From NCBI GenBank assembly GCA_964248365.1, contig CAXTYC010000002.1:1-64000 (forward strand): a DNA stretch of 64,000 nucleotides, written 5' to 3'. Of this stretch, positions 8,484 to 18,324 are shown piece after piece. The DNA comes from an uncultured Chroococcidiopsis sp. (GTDB lineage: Bacteria; Cyanobacteriota; Cyanobacteriia; Cyanobacteriales; Chroococcidiopsidaceae). The stretch's first letter is position 1. Each line of letters starts with the position of its first letter. Below the pieces are notes generated by a model that worked only from the letters and a program-made list of their open reading frames with translations, was not told the DNA's origin and did not search any database. Both the position numbers and the translations under genes were made by a program.

Positions 8484-9746
8484 CTAGCAAGATTTTAGTA
8501 CACACGCGGCATAAGAGTAGGGTGAAAGATACTCCTGGGCTAATTGCTGCAACTGCTGAGTGTCAAAGGACTGAATTTGCTGCGGATAGCTGACTGCTAG
8601 CCCAGCTTCGGCAAGGGTGTTGTAATATCCGTATAAACCTGCTATTTGGTTGGGCGTTTCGGTAGAAAACGCATAATCATTACATAGTAGGCGTTGACAA
8701 CGGCTAAGTTCTGCTTGTGTAATTGGTGTTGTTTGTAATTCTTCTAGGTGGGCGCAAATTAGAGATTCGACACGCTCTAAATATTGCGGTTCTAACCAGG
8801 CACTAATTGTAAATAGACTAGACTCTTGTTGCAGCGAAAAATTACTGCTGATTGCCTGCACTAGTTGCTGATCTTCCCTTAACGCTCGTACAAGGCGAGA
8901 AGATCTTCCTTCTGCTAAAAGCACACAAAGCAAATCTAACCCATAAGCACTACGGTAGTATTCTACCCCAGGTCCTGTCCATGCCATCAGTAACCGTGCT
9001 TGCTCTAGTCTAGGTAAATACAGTTCTTGGCGACGAATTCCTGCTATGGGTGGGGGTATTACTTCCACCTGGGGAAAATGTTCGCGCTTTGCAAAGTGCT
9101 GAAAATTTTGGCTTACCAATTCTAAAGCAGATTCTTGATCAATTCCGCCTACAATCACTACCGTCATGTTTTCGGGTTGATAGTGACTGCGGTGAAAATT
9201 CCGCATCGCCTCTGGCGAATGCTGCATCAAATCTGACTGGGTTCCCAGTACTGACCGCCCATAGGGATGATGTTGGTAAACGCTTTCACTCAGAGCTTGA
9301 AAACCTATCCAGTCTGGGTCATCATAGCACGAGCGAATTTCTTCTAGTACTACCTCTCGTTCTCGAATAAATTCATCCTCTGGAATGGATGCGTTTAGTA
9401 ACAGTTCCGCCAAGTATGGCAAAGTATCTTTTAGGTAAGGTGCTGCTGTCGTGAGGAAGTAATGAGCGTAGTCATGGCTGGTAGCTGCGTTTGTCATCCC
9501 ACCTCGGTTTTCAATTTCTTTGTCAAACAACCCTGGTGGTAGCACTTGAGTGCCTTTGAAAATCATGTGTTCCAGAAAATGAGCCATCCCTGCCCATTCT
9601 GCTGGCTCTCGCCTAGCACCTGCCCGCAGCCAAATATCTGCCACCACTACAGGGGTTGTGGGGAGATATTGGTGAATAAATGTTAAGCCATTATCTAGTT
9701 GGAAAACAGCAGCGGGGAAAACCGAAGCATCTAGCAGTTGCAACAA
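8484..9746 (-). CDS. M16 family zinc peptidase, catalytic subunit
   Basis: HFLEH inverted zinc motif, NAATS, EREVVLEE. Confidence 0.9.
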   Translation of the reverse strand: MLQLLDASVFPAAVFQLDNGLTFIHQYLPTTPVVVADIWLRAGARREPAEWAGMAHFLEHMIFKGTQVLPPGLFDKEIENRGGMTNAATSHDYAHYFLTTAAPYLKDTLPYLAELLLNASIPEDEFIREREVVLEEIRSCYDDPDWIGFQALSESVYQHHPYGRSVLGTQSDLMQHSPEAMRNFHRSHYQPENMTVVIVGGIDQESALELVSQNFQHFAKREHFPQVEVIPPPIAGIRRQELYLPRLEQARLLMAWTGPGVEYYRSAYGLDLLCVLLAEGRSSRLVRALREDQQLVQAISSNFSLQQESSLFTISAWLEPQYLERVESLICAHLEELQTTPITQAELSRCQRLLCNDYAFSTETPNQIAGLYGYYNTLAEAGLAVSYPQQIQSFDTQQLQQLAQEYLSPYSYAACVLKSC

Positions 9747-10010
9747 CCGTTTAAGCTCAATTTAAGACTAATTTAAGTTTTAGATATATTACCGCTTTCT
9801 AAAAGCACAAATTGAATAATATGATACAAATTTAAGAGGGGGGAAAGGGAAAAGAGGTATTGCGGTAAAGAAGTCAGGAGTCAGGAGTCAGGAGACAGAA
9901 TACAGAATTAATGATTCTCCCCCTCTCCCACTCTCCCCCTTTCCCCCTAATCCCCACAACGCGAGTGACACCGAGTTCCCCCTCTCCCTAGCCACTAGTC
10001 ACTATTACTT

Positions 10011-10042
10011 AAAAACTCCCTTGTCTACTTGACTAAGGGAGC
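10011..10042 (-). terminator. Intrinsic terminator downstream of 6S RNA
   Basis: Minus strand CTCCCTT...AAGGGAG hairpin followed by TTTT. Confidence 0.7.
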
Positions 10043-10052
10043 AAATGCTTAT

Positions 10053-10237
10053 AAGTTCACCGCAACGCCGTCTTACCTCAGTTTTGACCTGGAAAACCCA
10101 GGTGGGTACCAAGTTGCCTTGCTTAAAGTTTCCGAGTACAAGCTCGGTCTACTGCCGCTAGAACTGTCTGGTTCCCTTATATAGTCAGACATAGATCAAA
10201 AACATTATTGGCAGTCACCAACGCCGCAGTTGAACTT
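10053..10237 (-). ncRNA. ssrS: 6S RNA (6Sa/SsrS)
   Basis: ~185 nt with complementary ends (AAGTTCAACTGCGGCGTTG / GACGGCGTTGCGGTGAACTT); TATAAT at 10243-10248 just upstream; terminator downstream; position downstream of purK is the established cyanobacterial arrangement. Confidence 0.85.
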
Positions 10238-10267
10238 TAACTATTATAGCTTTTTAATTGGTAAATG

Positions 10268-10331
10268 GTAGAGGCGGGTTTATCAGACATACTTGTGAAC
10301 CTTCAGATAAGTCCTTTAAACCCGCCCGTAC
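10268..10331. repeat. 64-bp REP-like palindromic dispersed repeat
   Basis: GTAGAGGCGGGTTT...AAACCCGCCCGTAC; relatives at 40523-40586 and, truncated, 48672-48713. Confidence 0.75.
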
Positions 10332-10433
10332 GGTAGTTGGTAAAAGGGAAAAGGGAAAAGGTAAAAGGTAAAAGGTAAAAGGTAATTTCCCCTTGTCAGG
10401 TTGTCGGGTTGTCGGGTTGTCCTCCCCTAGCCC

Positions 10434-11705
10434 CTAGCCGCCCTTTTGATACCATATTGATTCAATCTTTTGAGCGATCGCCCTCGCCTGATGCCGATTT
10501 TTCTGATCTAGCAATACTGTGACGTGTCCGAGTTTACGTCCAGGGCGGGATGCGGTTTTACCATACCAGTGAACGTGTGCTTGGGGAATCTGCTCTATTT
10601 GCTGTCGTTGTTGCTGGTAATCATTTTCTGAATATTCGTAGCCCAGTAGATTCACCATTACCGCACCTGGAGAGCGAAGGGTGGGATTACCTAAAGGTAA
10701 ACCACCAAGGGCGCGTAGGTGCATCTCAAATTGGGAGACTTCACAAGCATCTAGGGTAAAATGCCCAGAATTGTGAGTGCGGGGCGCAATTTCATTCACC
10801 AGTACTTTACCCTCTGGTGTAAGAAATAGCTCAATACCAAAAACGCCCACTGCTTGTAGGTTATGCAGGAGAGTGTTAGCAATCTGAGTTATTTGTGTTG
10901 CAACATTTGGACTAATATCAGCAGGAACAATCACACGCCGACAAACTCCTTCTTGCTGCACAGTTTCCACAATTGGATAGGTGACAATTTCACCACTGGT
11001 AGAACGAGCAGCAATTACAGCTAACTCCCGCTCAAAGGGTACAAATTCCTCTAATAAAATTAGCGCTTGTCCTTGCTGCTTGCTAGAGAATGCTGCTAGT
11101 TTTTGCTGCAACGTGTCTAAGTCTTTAATAATGAAAGTACCCTGCCCATCATAACCATGCCGACGAGCTTTTAATACTACGGGGAAAGTGGCTAGTGGCT
11201 GGTGGCTAGTGGCTAGAAGTGATAGGCTAGAGGCTAGTGGGGTTTCCTTCCCCTCTGCCAAAGTGCCCCCCTCAAGGGCGATAAACTTGGGAACGGGTAA
11301 ACCCAACTGCTGTAAATAGCAAAGTTGGTCATATTTATCTAATATTTTGGCTAAAACTGGTAACGCTGGACGAAAACAGATGCCTTGCTCTGCCAGAATT
11401 GATAATGCTTCTAGATTTACAAATTCATTTTCAAAGGTAATTAGATCGCAGTGCAACGCCAATGTTGCTGTGGCTTTTGCGTCATCAACTGGGGCGAATA
11501 CGGTTGAAGATGCGATCGCAACAGCTGGATCATTCGCATTCGGTGTCTGAATTATTAGCTCAATTCCTAACTTTTTGGCTGCACCCGCCATCATCCAGGC
11601 TAATTGTCCCCCACCAATCACACCTAAGCGCTTAATTTGGCTATGTTCATTTTTAGCCAAGTCTGTCATTTTCGTTGAATTTTGGGGTTCGGGTTGGGCA
11701 GTCAT
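10434..11705 (-). CDS. purK: 5-(carboxyamino)imidazole ribonucleotide synthase
   Basis: GGGQLAWM, ITFENE, GYDGQG, NEIAPRTHNSGH, RPGRKLGHVT; start may be the ATG at 11669. Confidence 0.95.
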   Translation of the reverse strand: MTAQPEPQNSTKMTDLAKNEHSQIKRLGVIGGGQLAWMMAGAAKKLGIELIIQTPNANDPAVAIASSTVFAPVDDAKATATLALHCDLITFENEFVNLEALSILAEQGICFRPALPVLAKILDKYDQLCYLQQLGLPVPKFIALEGGTLAEGKETPLASSLSLLATSHQPLATFPVVLKARRHGYDGQGTFIIKDLDTLQQKLAAFSSKQQGQALILLEEFVPFERELAVIAARSTSGEIVTYPIVETVQQEGVCRRVIVPADISPNVATQITQIANTLLHNLQAVGVFGIELFLTPEGKVLVNEIAPRTHNSGHFTLDACEVSQFEMHLRALGGLPLGNPTLRSPGAVMVNLLGYEYSENDYQQQRQQIEQIPQAHVHWYGKTASRPGRKLGHVTVLLDQKNRHQARAIAQKIESIWYQKGG

Positions 11706-11943
11706 GTTTTACACCTATTTCGGGTAACTTGTAATCCGTTATACTAATTCCACCAGTTGAGATTTGACGCACGTAATAAGTAGGTATATGTAGTAATTCT
11801 CTCCCAGGTCTGAAAGTTACTTTTTTTAACGAACCGCAGAGGACGCAAAGAACGCAGAGGGAAGAAAGAGAGGGTTTTATGAATGATTGGTTGCTATATA
11901 CTATATATTTTAATAACTTATAAATCTCTAAATCGAGCTACTT

Positions 11944-12801
11944 ATGAAAATAAATATCATACTTTTTGTTTGGAGTAAAATTTTACAGGTAATAGTTAGA
12001 CCAATTGCTATTTTAACAGGTAGGGGAGGAGGAAAATTTGCTTCATTACTTCCGGCAAATCAAAATTATTTAGTTACTAATTATTGTGGGTACAAATTTA
12101 ATGTTAATACAACCTATCCAATGGAGTCGGCTATCTGGCTGGGTGGTGTGTATGAAGTGACTACAACTAAGTTCTTACGCCAAGTCTTACGAGCAGGTGA
12201 TGTATTCTTGGATATTGGCGCTAATTGCGGTGCAGTTACATTAGTTGCTGCTAGTGCGATCGCAAGCGGTAAAATTTATGCATTTGAACCTGGGAATACA
12301 ATTCGTTCTCGTCTGCAAGCAAATATAGATTTAAATCCTTCATTGCAGAATATTATCAAGGTTGTCCCTTTTGGTTTGGGATTAAAAGCAGGCAAACTAC
12401 TATATTATGAAGACGAAAATTATCGAGGGAATGGGGCTTTATTTGACTCGCAAGGAATTCCAGTAGATGTTCTTTCACTCGATGATTGGGTATTGCTGGA
12501 AAAAATAGATAAGATAGATTTCATCAAAATTGATGTTGAGGGGATGGAATATGATGTAATGCTGGGTGGTAAATCAACTTTGGAAAAGTATCATCCAATC
12601 ATTTATTTTGAAACTCTGCCAATTTTCTTTACTAATAAGTCTTATACTATTCAAACCATTTACGAGTTTCTTTCTGGTTTAGGTTATCGAATTGTCAGTC
12701 CCACGAAACCATATAATGAAATTGGGTTTAGTGGAGCTTATCCGGCTAATTCAGTAGCAATTCATCCAAGTCGAGCCGATAGATTAAATTTCATAAAATA
12801 A
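11944..12801 (+). CDS. FkbM family methyltransferase
   Basis: FLDIGANCG, YAFEP, FIKIDVEGME; AT-rich sequence. Confidence 0.88.
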   Translation: MKINIILFVWSKILQVIVRPIAILTGRGGGKFASLLPANQNYLVTNYCGYKFNVNTTYPMESAIWLGGVYEVTTTKFLRQVLRAGDVFLDIGANCGAVTLVAASAIASGKIYAFEPGNTIRSRLQANIDLNPSLQNIIKVVPFGLGLKAGKLLYYEDENYRGNGALFDSQGIPVDVLSLDDWVLLEKIDKIDFIKIDVEGMEYDVMLGGKSTLEKYHPIIYFETLPIFFTNKSYTIQTIYEFLSGLGYRIVSPTKPYNEIGFSGAYPANSVAIHPSRADRLNFIK

Positions 12802-12892
12802 TTATTAATATAATAGTTGAGTTTTTTGTTGGTTTATTAGTTTTATGTGGGCAATGCCTACCCTACTAATAGCTAACCGCTAATTGATAAAA

Positions 12893-13384
12893 TCATCGAC
12901 AACCTAAAGAATCACGAGTTTCTACGCCTGTTTTTGGATTAATACCACTCGCCCGTTCACACAATTGTTTGATTTGTAAGCTATCTAAAATTGCATCAGT
13001 GAAATCAGCCCCAGAAATGTCTACATCAGTAAATATGGTGCGTAATAAAATAGTTTCGTTTAAAACAGCATTGCTTAAATTAGCACCTGTTAACTTAACC
13101 TGATCTAACATAGCAATACTTAAATCTGCTCCATGCAGATTTGCTCCAGTCATGACAGAAGCGCTCATCACTGCTCCCCGCAAGTCAGCATCAGCAAAAT
13201 TAGTCTGTTCCATGTTGGCGTTGGAAAACTCAGCAGCTCTAAGTATTTGTCCAGAAAAGTCTCTTCCTTTCAACTCGGCATTGCTAAATGATAAAGGCGG
13301 GGGATAGTCTAATGCCTGTGCTGGTATTGACCAACACAATAGAATAATCGCTAGAAGGAATGCTGCTAGTTGCTGCCAAAACAT
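12893..13384 (-). CDS. Pentapeptide repeat protein (exported or lumenal type)
   Basis: A(D/N)Lxx repeats; signal peptide from the ATG at 13384; C-terminal NPKTGVETRDSLGC. Confidence 0.88.
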   Translation of the reverse strand: MFWQQLAAFLLAIILLCWSIPAQALDYPPPLSFSNAELKGRDFSGQILRAAEFSNANMEQTNFADADLRGAVMSASVMTGANLHGADLSIAMLDQVKLTGANLSNAVLNETILLRTIFTDVDISGADFTDAILDSLQIKQLCERASGINPKTGVETRDSLGCR

Positions 13385-13516
13385 AGTGTAGAAGTTTATA
13401 TTTATTAATTGAATGCTGCTTTTAAGCTTACTGCACAAATTCACAGATGGCTTGGTAGGTGATGCGATCGCATTCATCAAATCGTGTTAATATCCTGATG
13501 GAGGAGATGTAATCTC

Positions 13517-13864
13517 ATGCCACATTTTTTATTAACTTGGCTCGTGACAGCAATTGCTCTAATTATTACAGCTAATATTGTCCCAGGTTTCGTTGTGACA
13601 AGTTTTGGCGCGGCGTTGCTAGCAGCTGTCGTGATTGGACTAGTTAATGCCATTGTCAAACCAATTTTGATAATTTTGACACTACCGCTGACGATATTGA
13701 CTCTGGGATTATTTCTATTTGTCGTCAATGCCATTACTATTTGGTTAGCCGGAGTGCTGACACCTGGTTTTACCGTTACTGGTTTGCTACCTGCTTTATT
13801 GGGTTCGATTGTGCTAACGTTGGTAGCAAGTGGGATCAACTTTTTGGTTGATAGAATTGTATAA
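13517..13864 (+). CDS. Phage holin family (YvlD/DUF360-like) membrane protein
   Basis: Four hydrophobic segments; LVNAIVKPILIILTLPLTILTLGLFLFVVNA signature. Confidence 0.85.
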   Translation: MPHFLLTWLVTAIALIITANIVPGFVVTSFGAALLAAVVIGLVNAIVKPILIILTLPLTILTLGLFLFVVNAITIWLAGVLTPGFTVTGLLPALLGSIVLTLVASGINFLVDRIV

Positions 13865-13904
13865 TTATCAATGCAGCAATGCTGAATTTATAACGAATAA
13901 TTTA

Positions 13905-15830
13905 TCATTCACCCCCTCTCCCAAAATAACCGCGTGGGGTAATCATCCAATTAGCATGGGTGCGGGTACTGGAATTACCTATCAAAACGGTAGTCAACAT
14001 ATCGACGGGAACATCGAGTAACTTATCCAAGGTAGTGACAGAAATTTGCTCGTCTTGACGATAGGCACAACGGACGATCGCCACTGGTGTGCTAGAGTCA
14101 CGATATTGCAAAAAAATGTCTCTGGCAATGGTAAGCTGGTGAATACGAGTTTGCGATCGCGGATTATAAATAGCCGTAACAAAATCAGCCGCTGCTGCTG
14201 CAACCAAACGCTTTTCAATCACTTCCCAAGGCGTAAGTAAATCACTCAAACTGATAGCACAAAAGTCATGCATCAGGGGTGTACCCACGCGGGCGGCGGC
14301 TGCTTGCAAAGCTGTAATCCCAGGAAAAATCTGGACATTGGGAGTTGTACCATCCCAACCCCCAGCCTGAAGTTCTTCTAACACCAAACCTGCCATACCA
14401 TAAATACCGCAGTCACCAGAAGACACCACAGCCACAGTTAAACCCCACTGCGCCAGTTCAATTGCTCTTTGGGCGCGTTGACGTTCCTGGGTAATTGGCA
14501 GTGCTTCTATAATTTGATTTGGCTGTAAGAGAGAATCAATAAGCTTAATATACAGAGAATAACCAATTACTACATCAGCTGAGGATATAGCAGCAGATGC
14601 AGCGGTCGTAATTTGGTTTAATTCTCCAGGTCCTGTACCAACTAACAATAGCTTACCAGTACGACCAGTATATTCTTGACAAGCCTTGGCAACAGCCACA
14701 GTCACCGCACCTGATTGCCCTTCCGACTTAAAAATCTGCTTAGAAACCAATAAATTAGAGTTCACGCAAAGGCGCAAAGACGCTAAGAAGTCTTTGTTGT
14801 CTTCTTCTTTGCGCCTCTGCGGCTTTGCGAGAAATAAATCTAAACTGGCACACAAAGCAGCGGCTTCGGCTACGCTGGGGGTTCCGACTTCTGCATCAAC
14901 AACAAGCGAAGGGTTGGGTACACTAACAGCACGAAGGACATCAGGTGGGAATGTGCGTAAAGGCAGATTGCGTTCGCGGCACAATTCCCTTATTCCAGCT
15001 TCATCAGCTTTAAGATCAATTGTGGCAATTCCTGCGATCGCACCTAGGGCTAGTTGATGATCTTGACAAACTTGCCCGATTGCTGTCTCAATCAGTTGCC
15101 GTGATGTTCCTCTCTCACAACCAATTCCCACCCATAGTACACGCGGATGCCATTGAATGAGGGGTGAGGAGTGAGGGGTGAGGGGTGAGGGGTAGGATTT
15201 GGGACTGATCCAGATTTTGGCTTTTGTGGCTGGGGATGGTTCAAAGCTGAACGCTGCATTTTTAAGGCTATCTGTCAAGCGCCAAAGGGTAGAACCTGCT
15301 TGTTGAATTACTTCTACTGTTTCACCTCTTGCTACCGCAGCACTCACACCTGTCCAATCTCCCTCGCCTTTGTGCCACCCAAAGGGAATCCCCAACAGAT
15401 CTACCGCTGGTAATCCCGAAACCGATGCACCTGTTAATACTGGTGTTACACCAATAGCTTGGGCAATCAAACGGGCAAGTTTGTCAGCACCGCCTTGATG
15501 TCCACTGCATAGGCTAATTACAAATTTACCAGCTTCATCTATTACGACAACTGCCGGATCAGATGATTTATGCTGCAACAAAGGTGCAATTAACCGCACG
15601 ACTGCCCCAGTTGCGAGACAGAATACAAAGGCGCGGTGTGTCTGCCAAAGATTAGCTATGTGGGTTTTGAGAGAATTTGTATAATACTTTGAGTTGACAC
15701 TTGTTAATGATTGTGGTGTCCACAAAGTAGCACCACTTGTTTGACAAAGGGGCTGTAGGGTTTTTGCACCACTGGGAGTGGTAGCGATCGCAGCTAGGGG
15801 TTGAAAATCTTGAAAAAGCAAGTGACTCAA
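13905..15830 (-). CDS. cobJ: CbiG-CobJ fusion (precorrin-3B C17-methyltransferase)
   Basis: CbiG motifs DPAVVVIDE, SGHQGGA, GIGCERG, SVAEAAAL; methyltransferase motifs VGTGPG, SSGDCGIYGMA, DFCAISLSDLLTPW. Confidence 0.92.
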   Translation of the reverse strand: MSHLLFQDFQPLAAIATTPSGAKTLQPLCQTSGATLWTPQSLTSVNSKYYTNSLKTHIANLWQTHRAFVFCLATGAVVRLIAPLLQHKSSDPAVVVIDEAGKFVISLCSGHQGGADKLARLIAQAIGVTPVLTGASVSGLPAVDLLGIPFGWHKGEGDWTGVSAAVARGETVEVIQQAGSTLWRLTDSLKNAAFSFEPSPATKAKIWISPKSYPSPLTPHSSPLIQWHPRVLWVGIGCERGTSRQLIETAIGQVCQDHQLALGAIAGIATIDLKADEAGIRELCRERNLPLRTFPPDVLRAVSVPNPSLVVDAEVGTPSVAEAAALCASLDLFLAKPQRRKEEDNKDFLASLRLCVNSNLLVSKQIFKSEGQSGAVTVAVAKACQEYTGRTGKLLLVGTGPGELNQITTAASAAISSADVVIGYSLYIKLIDSLLQPNQIIEALPITQERQRAQRAIELAQWGLTVAVVSSGDCGIYGMAGLVLEELQAGGWDGTTPNVQIFPGITALQAAAARVGTPLMHDFCAISLSDLLTPWEVIEKRLVAAAAADFVTAIYNPRSQTRIHQLTIARDIFLQYRDSSTPVAIVRCAYRQDEQISVTTLDKLLDVPVDMLTTVLIGNSSTRTHANWMITPRGYFGRGGE

Positions 15831-15936
15831 GATGAATTAATAAATAATGTTATTACCACCAGGTATTTACAGACTACAGGTAGGGGAAGATTCACAGAAA
15901 ATGTAAGGTGGGCATTGCCCACCCTACTTTTTGGAC

Positions 15937-17541
15937 TTAAATATCAGCTGCTGAATCAAACACAGGTTGCTTTTGTTTCACAGTTCCAACTGTTGGTACT
16001 GGAGTTAGCTTTTGTTTCCCAACAGTGCCTACGACTGCTGGTTGTAATATCGCTGTGTGGGCAATAGAAGTATTAGCCAGAGTAAACAATGGATTTGACA
16101 GAATTCCAGCCAGGGAAGTGGCAATTAAAGTAAGTACCAGTCCCACTTGCAAAGGTCGCATTCCTGGCAAATTCCAGCGTACTTCGGGATAGTTCTTCAC
16201 AGCGTCGGACATTTCAATAGGCTCTTTGACTACCATCATCCTGACTACTCGAATGTAGTAGTAGATTGAGATTACCGTTGTGACTAATCCTAGTAAGACT
16301 AATCCGTATTCTCCAGCTTGCCAACCTGCCCAGAACAGGTAGATTTTGCCAAAGAATCCAGCCAAGGGCGGGATACCTCCCAAAGAAAGTAGACAAATGC
16401 TTAAGCTCAAAGTCAGGAGTGGGTCTTTTTGGTATAAACCAGAGTATTCACTAATTTGGTCTGTTCCTGTCCGTAAGGTGAACAGAATCACGCCGACAAA
16501 GGCTCCCAGATTCATGAACAGGTAGATCAGCAGGTAAAAAACCATACTGGCATACCCCGCATCGCTTCCAGCGACAAGACCAATCATGACGAATCCAGCT
16601 TGACCAATGGAGGAATAAGCTAGCATTCGTTTCATGCTCGTTTGTGCTAGAGCAACGGCGTTACCCAAAACCATACTCAAAACAGCTAGAGCAGTAAAGA
16701 TAAATTGCCACTCGCTTGTAACTAGGGGAAAGGCTGTAGTTAAAAGCCGAATTGCTAGGGCGAAACCAGCTGCTTTTGAACCGACGGATAGAAAGGCGAT
16801 AACTGGGGTGGGAGCGCCTTCGTAAACATCCGGTGTCCACTGGTGGAAGGGGGCGGCGGAGATTTTGAAACCAATACCTGCGATCGCAAATACAAGAGCA
16901 ATTACCACAGCCAACGATTGTCCAGCGTTGGCGGCGGCAATACCATTTGCGATCGCATTTAATTCTGTTTGTCCCCCCGATAGCCCATACAGTAGGGAAA
17001 CTCCATACAGAAAGATAGCTGTACTCGAAGCACCAACTAGTAAATATTTCAGTGATGCCTCATTTGAGCGCGGATCGCGCTTGGTGTACCCTGTCATTAG
17101 GTAGGAGGAGATACTCAGGGTTTCCAGGGAAATAAATAGCATCACTAGCTCATTTGCTCCAGATAGGAACATTCCCCCTAGAGTAGCCGTGAGCAAAATA
17201 GCGATGAATTCTGCTAAAGCCGTGCCACTTTGCTCAACATAGCTAATTGACATCAAAATAGTTACGGTAGCAGATAAGGCAATGATGCCGCGAAACACTA
17301 TACTCAGGTCGTCACTATTAAAACTACCCAAGAAAGCAACTGGAAGAGTGCTATCCCACTGGAAGCAAAGAGCAATTACCGAGCCAAGCAGCCCAGAAAT
17401 CGCTGCATAAGCAACCCAGCGCGAAGAACTACGACCTACAATCAAGTCACCGACTAAAACAACCACGAGGGTAACAATAACTATTCCCTCTGGTAAAATC
17501 GTCCCAGCATTCAGTTGGGCTGCAAGATTGGCAAAATCCAT
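15937..17541 (-). CDS. ndhB: NAD(P)H-quinone oxidoreductase subunit 2 (NdhB)
   Basis: [50 protein letters not shown] at 17541 (MDFANL). Confidence 0.96.
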   Translation of the reverse strand: MDFANLAAQLNAGTILPEGIVIVTLVVVLVGDLIVGRSSSRWVAYAAISGLLGSVIALCFQWDSTLPVAFLGSFNSDDLSIVFRGIIALSATVTILMSISYVEQSGTALAEFIAILLTATLGGMFLSGANELVMLFISLETLSISSYLMTGYTKRDPRSNEASLKYLLVGASSTAIFLYGVSLLYGLSGGQTELNAIANGIAAANAGQSLAVVIALVFAIAGIGFKISAAPFHQWTPDVYEGAPTPVIAFLSVGSKAAGFALAIRLLTTAFPLVTSEWQFIFTALAVLSMVLGNAVALAQTSMKRMLAYSSIGQAGFVMIGLVAGSDAGYASMVFYLLIYLFMNLGAFVGVILFTLRTGTDQISEYSGLYQKDPLLTLSLSICLLSLGGIPPLAGFFGKIYLFWAGWQAGEYGLVLLGLVTTVISIYYYIRVVRMMVVKEPIEMSDAVKNYPEVRWNLPGMRPLQVGLVLTLIATSLAGILSNPLFTLANTSIAHTAILQPAVVGTVGKQKLTPVPTVGTVKQKQPVFDSAADI

Positions 17542-17770
17542 ACTTTTTGTATCAGTTGCGATGATTAGGCACAAAGCCTGACTTTGTTAATTTTATTAAA
17601 TTGGGTGTCAATACAGCGTACCATTGTGGTGACGAATGATAATCCCTTCCCCTTATTTCATTAGAAATCCCACCCTTTTGAGGATGGGATAGTTTACATA
17701 AATACCTATTTTCGATTTATAACTCAAAAGCTACACCAATTTACCAAGAGGCGATCGCCGAATTTATCTA

Positions 17771-18004
17771 TCACCTTGGCATAATATGCCGTCGAGGTGA
17801 CACACCTGGATTGATTACAGATGCAAACTCCTCATGGGACAATTTACTAATTTCATTGTCCAATTCTGCAACGGTAAATTTGTAGCCACGTTCGGTAGCA
17901 ATCTTGATGAAGGTTTCTGGATCATCTGTAGCTTTGAGTCTTGCCTTTAATGCTTCATCTTGATTTACAGCTTTAAAAAAGCGGGCAGCGTTTTCCTGTG
18001 TCAT
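17771..18004 (-). CDS. Nif11-like leader peptide family protein
   Basis: FFKAVNQDEALKARLKA...IATERGYKFTVAEL; AAGGAG RBS. Confidence 0.85.
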   Translation of the reverse strand: MTQENAARFFKAVNQDEALKARLKATDDPETFIKIATERGYKFTVAELDNEISKLSHEEFASVINPGVSPRRHIMPR

Positions 18005-18324
18005 GAGATTAAATCTCCTTTTTCAAATGGAATTTAAATCAGCGGGGAATATAAATACGTGGGTTGGCACTATATCCACCTTCGAGCTATCCCGCGCCCT
18101 GATTTGATGCTATCTGGCTGCACCATCTAACTTTGAGGATAAATCTTCTCTAGCCCAGCTTCATGAAATCTTGATATAAATTTAAGTTTTTGTAAAGCTA
18201 AGAACACATTTAGTCAGTAAACAGTAGTAAATGGTAACTGGTAGTTGGTAGTTGGTAACTGGTAACTGGTAAGAATGAGTCCGAAGAATTTTATAGTGGA
18301 AATGCTGCTAATTTTTAAACTATT

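Noticed and set aside
13517..13864. Holin-family gene as evidence of a prophage
   Set aside because: The family is commonly chromosomal, and no other phage genes are present
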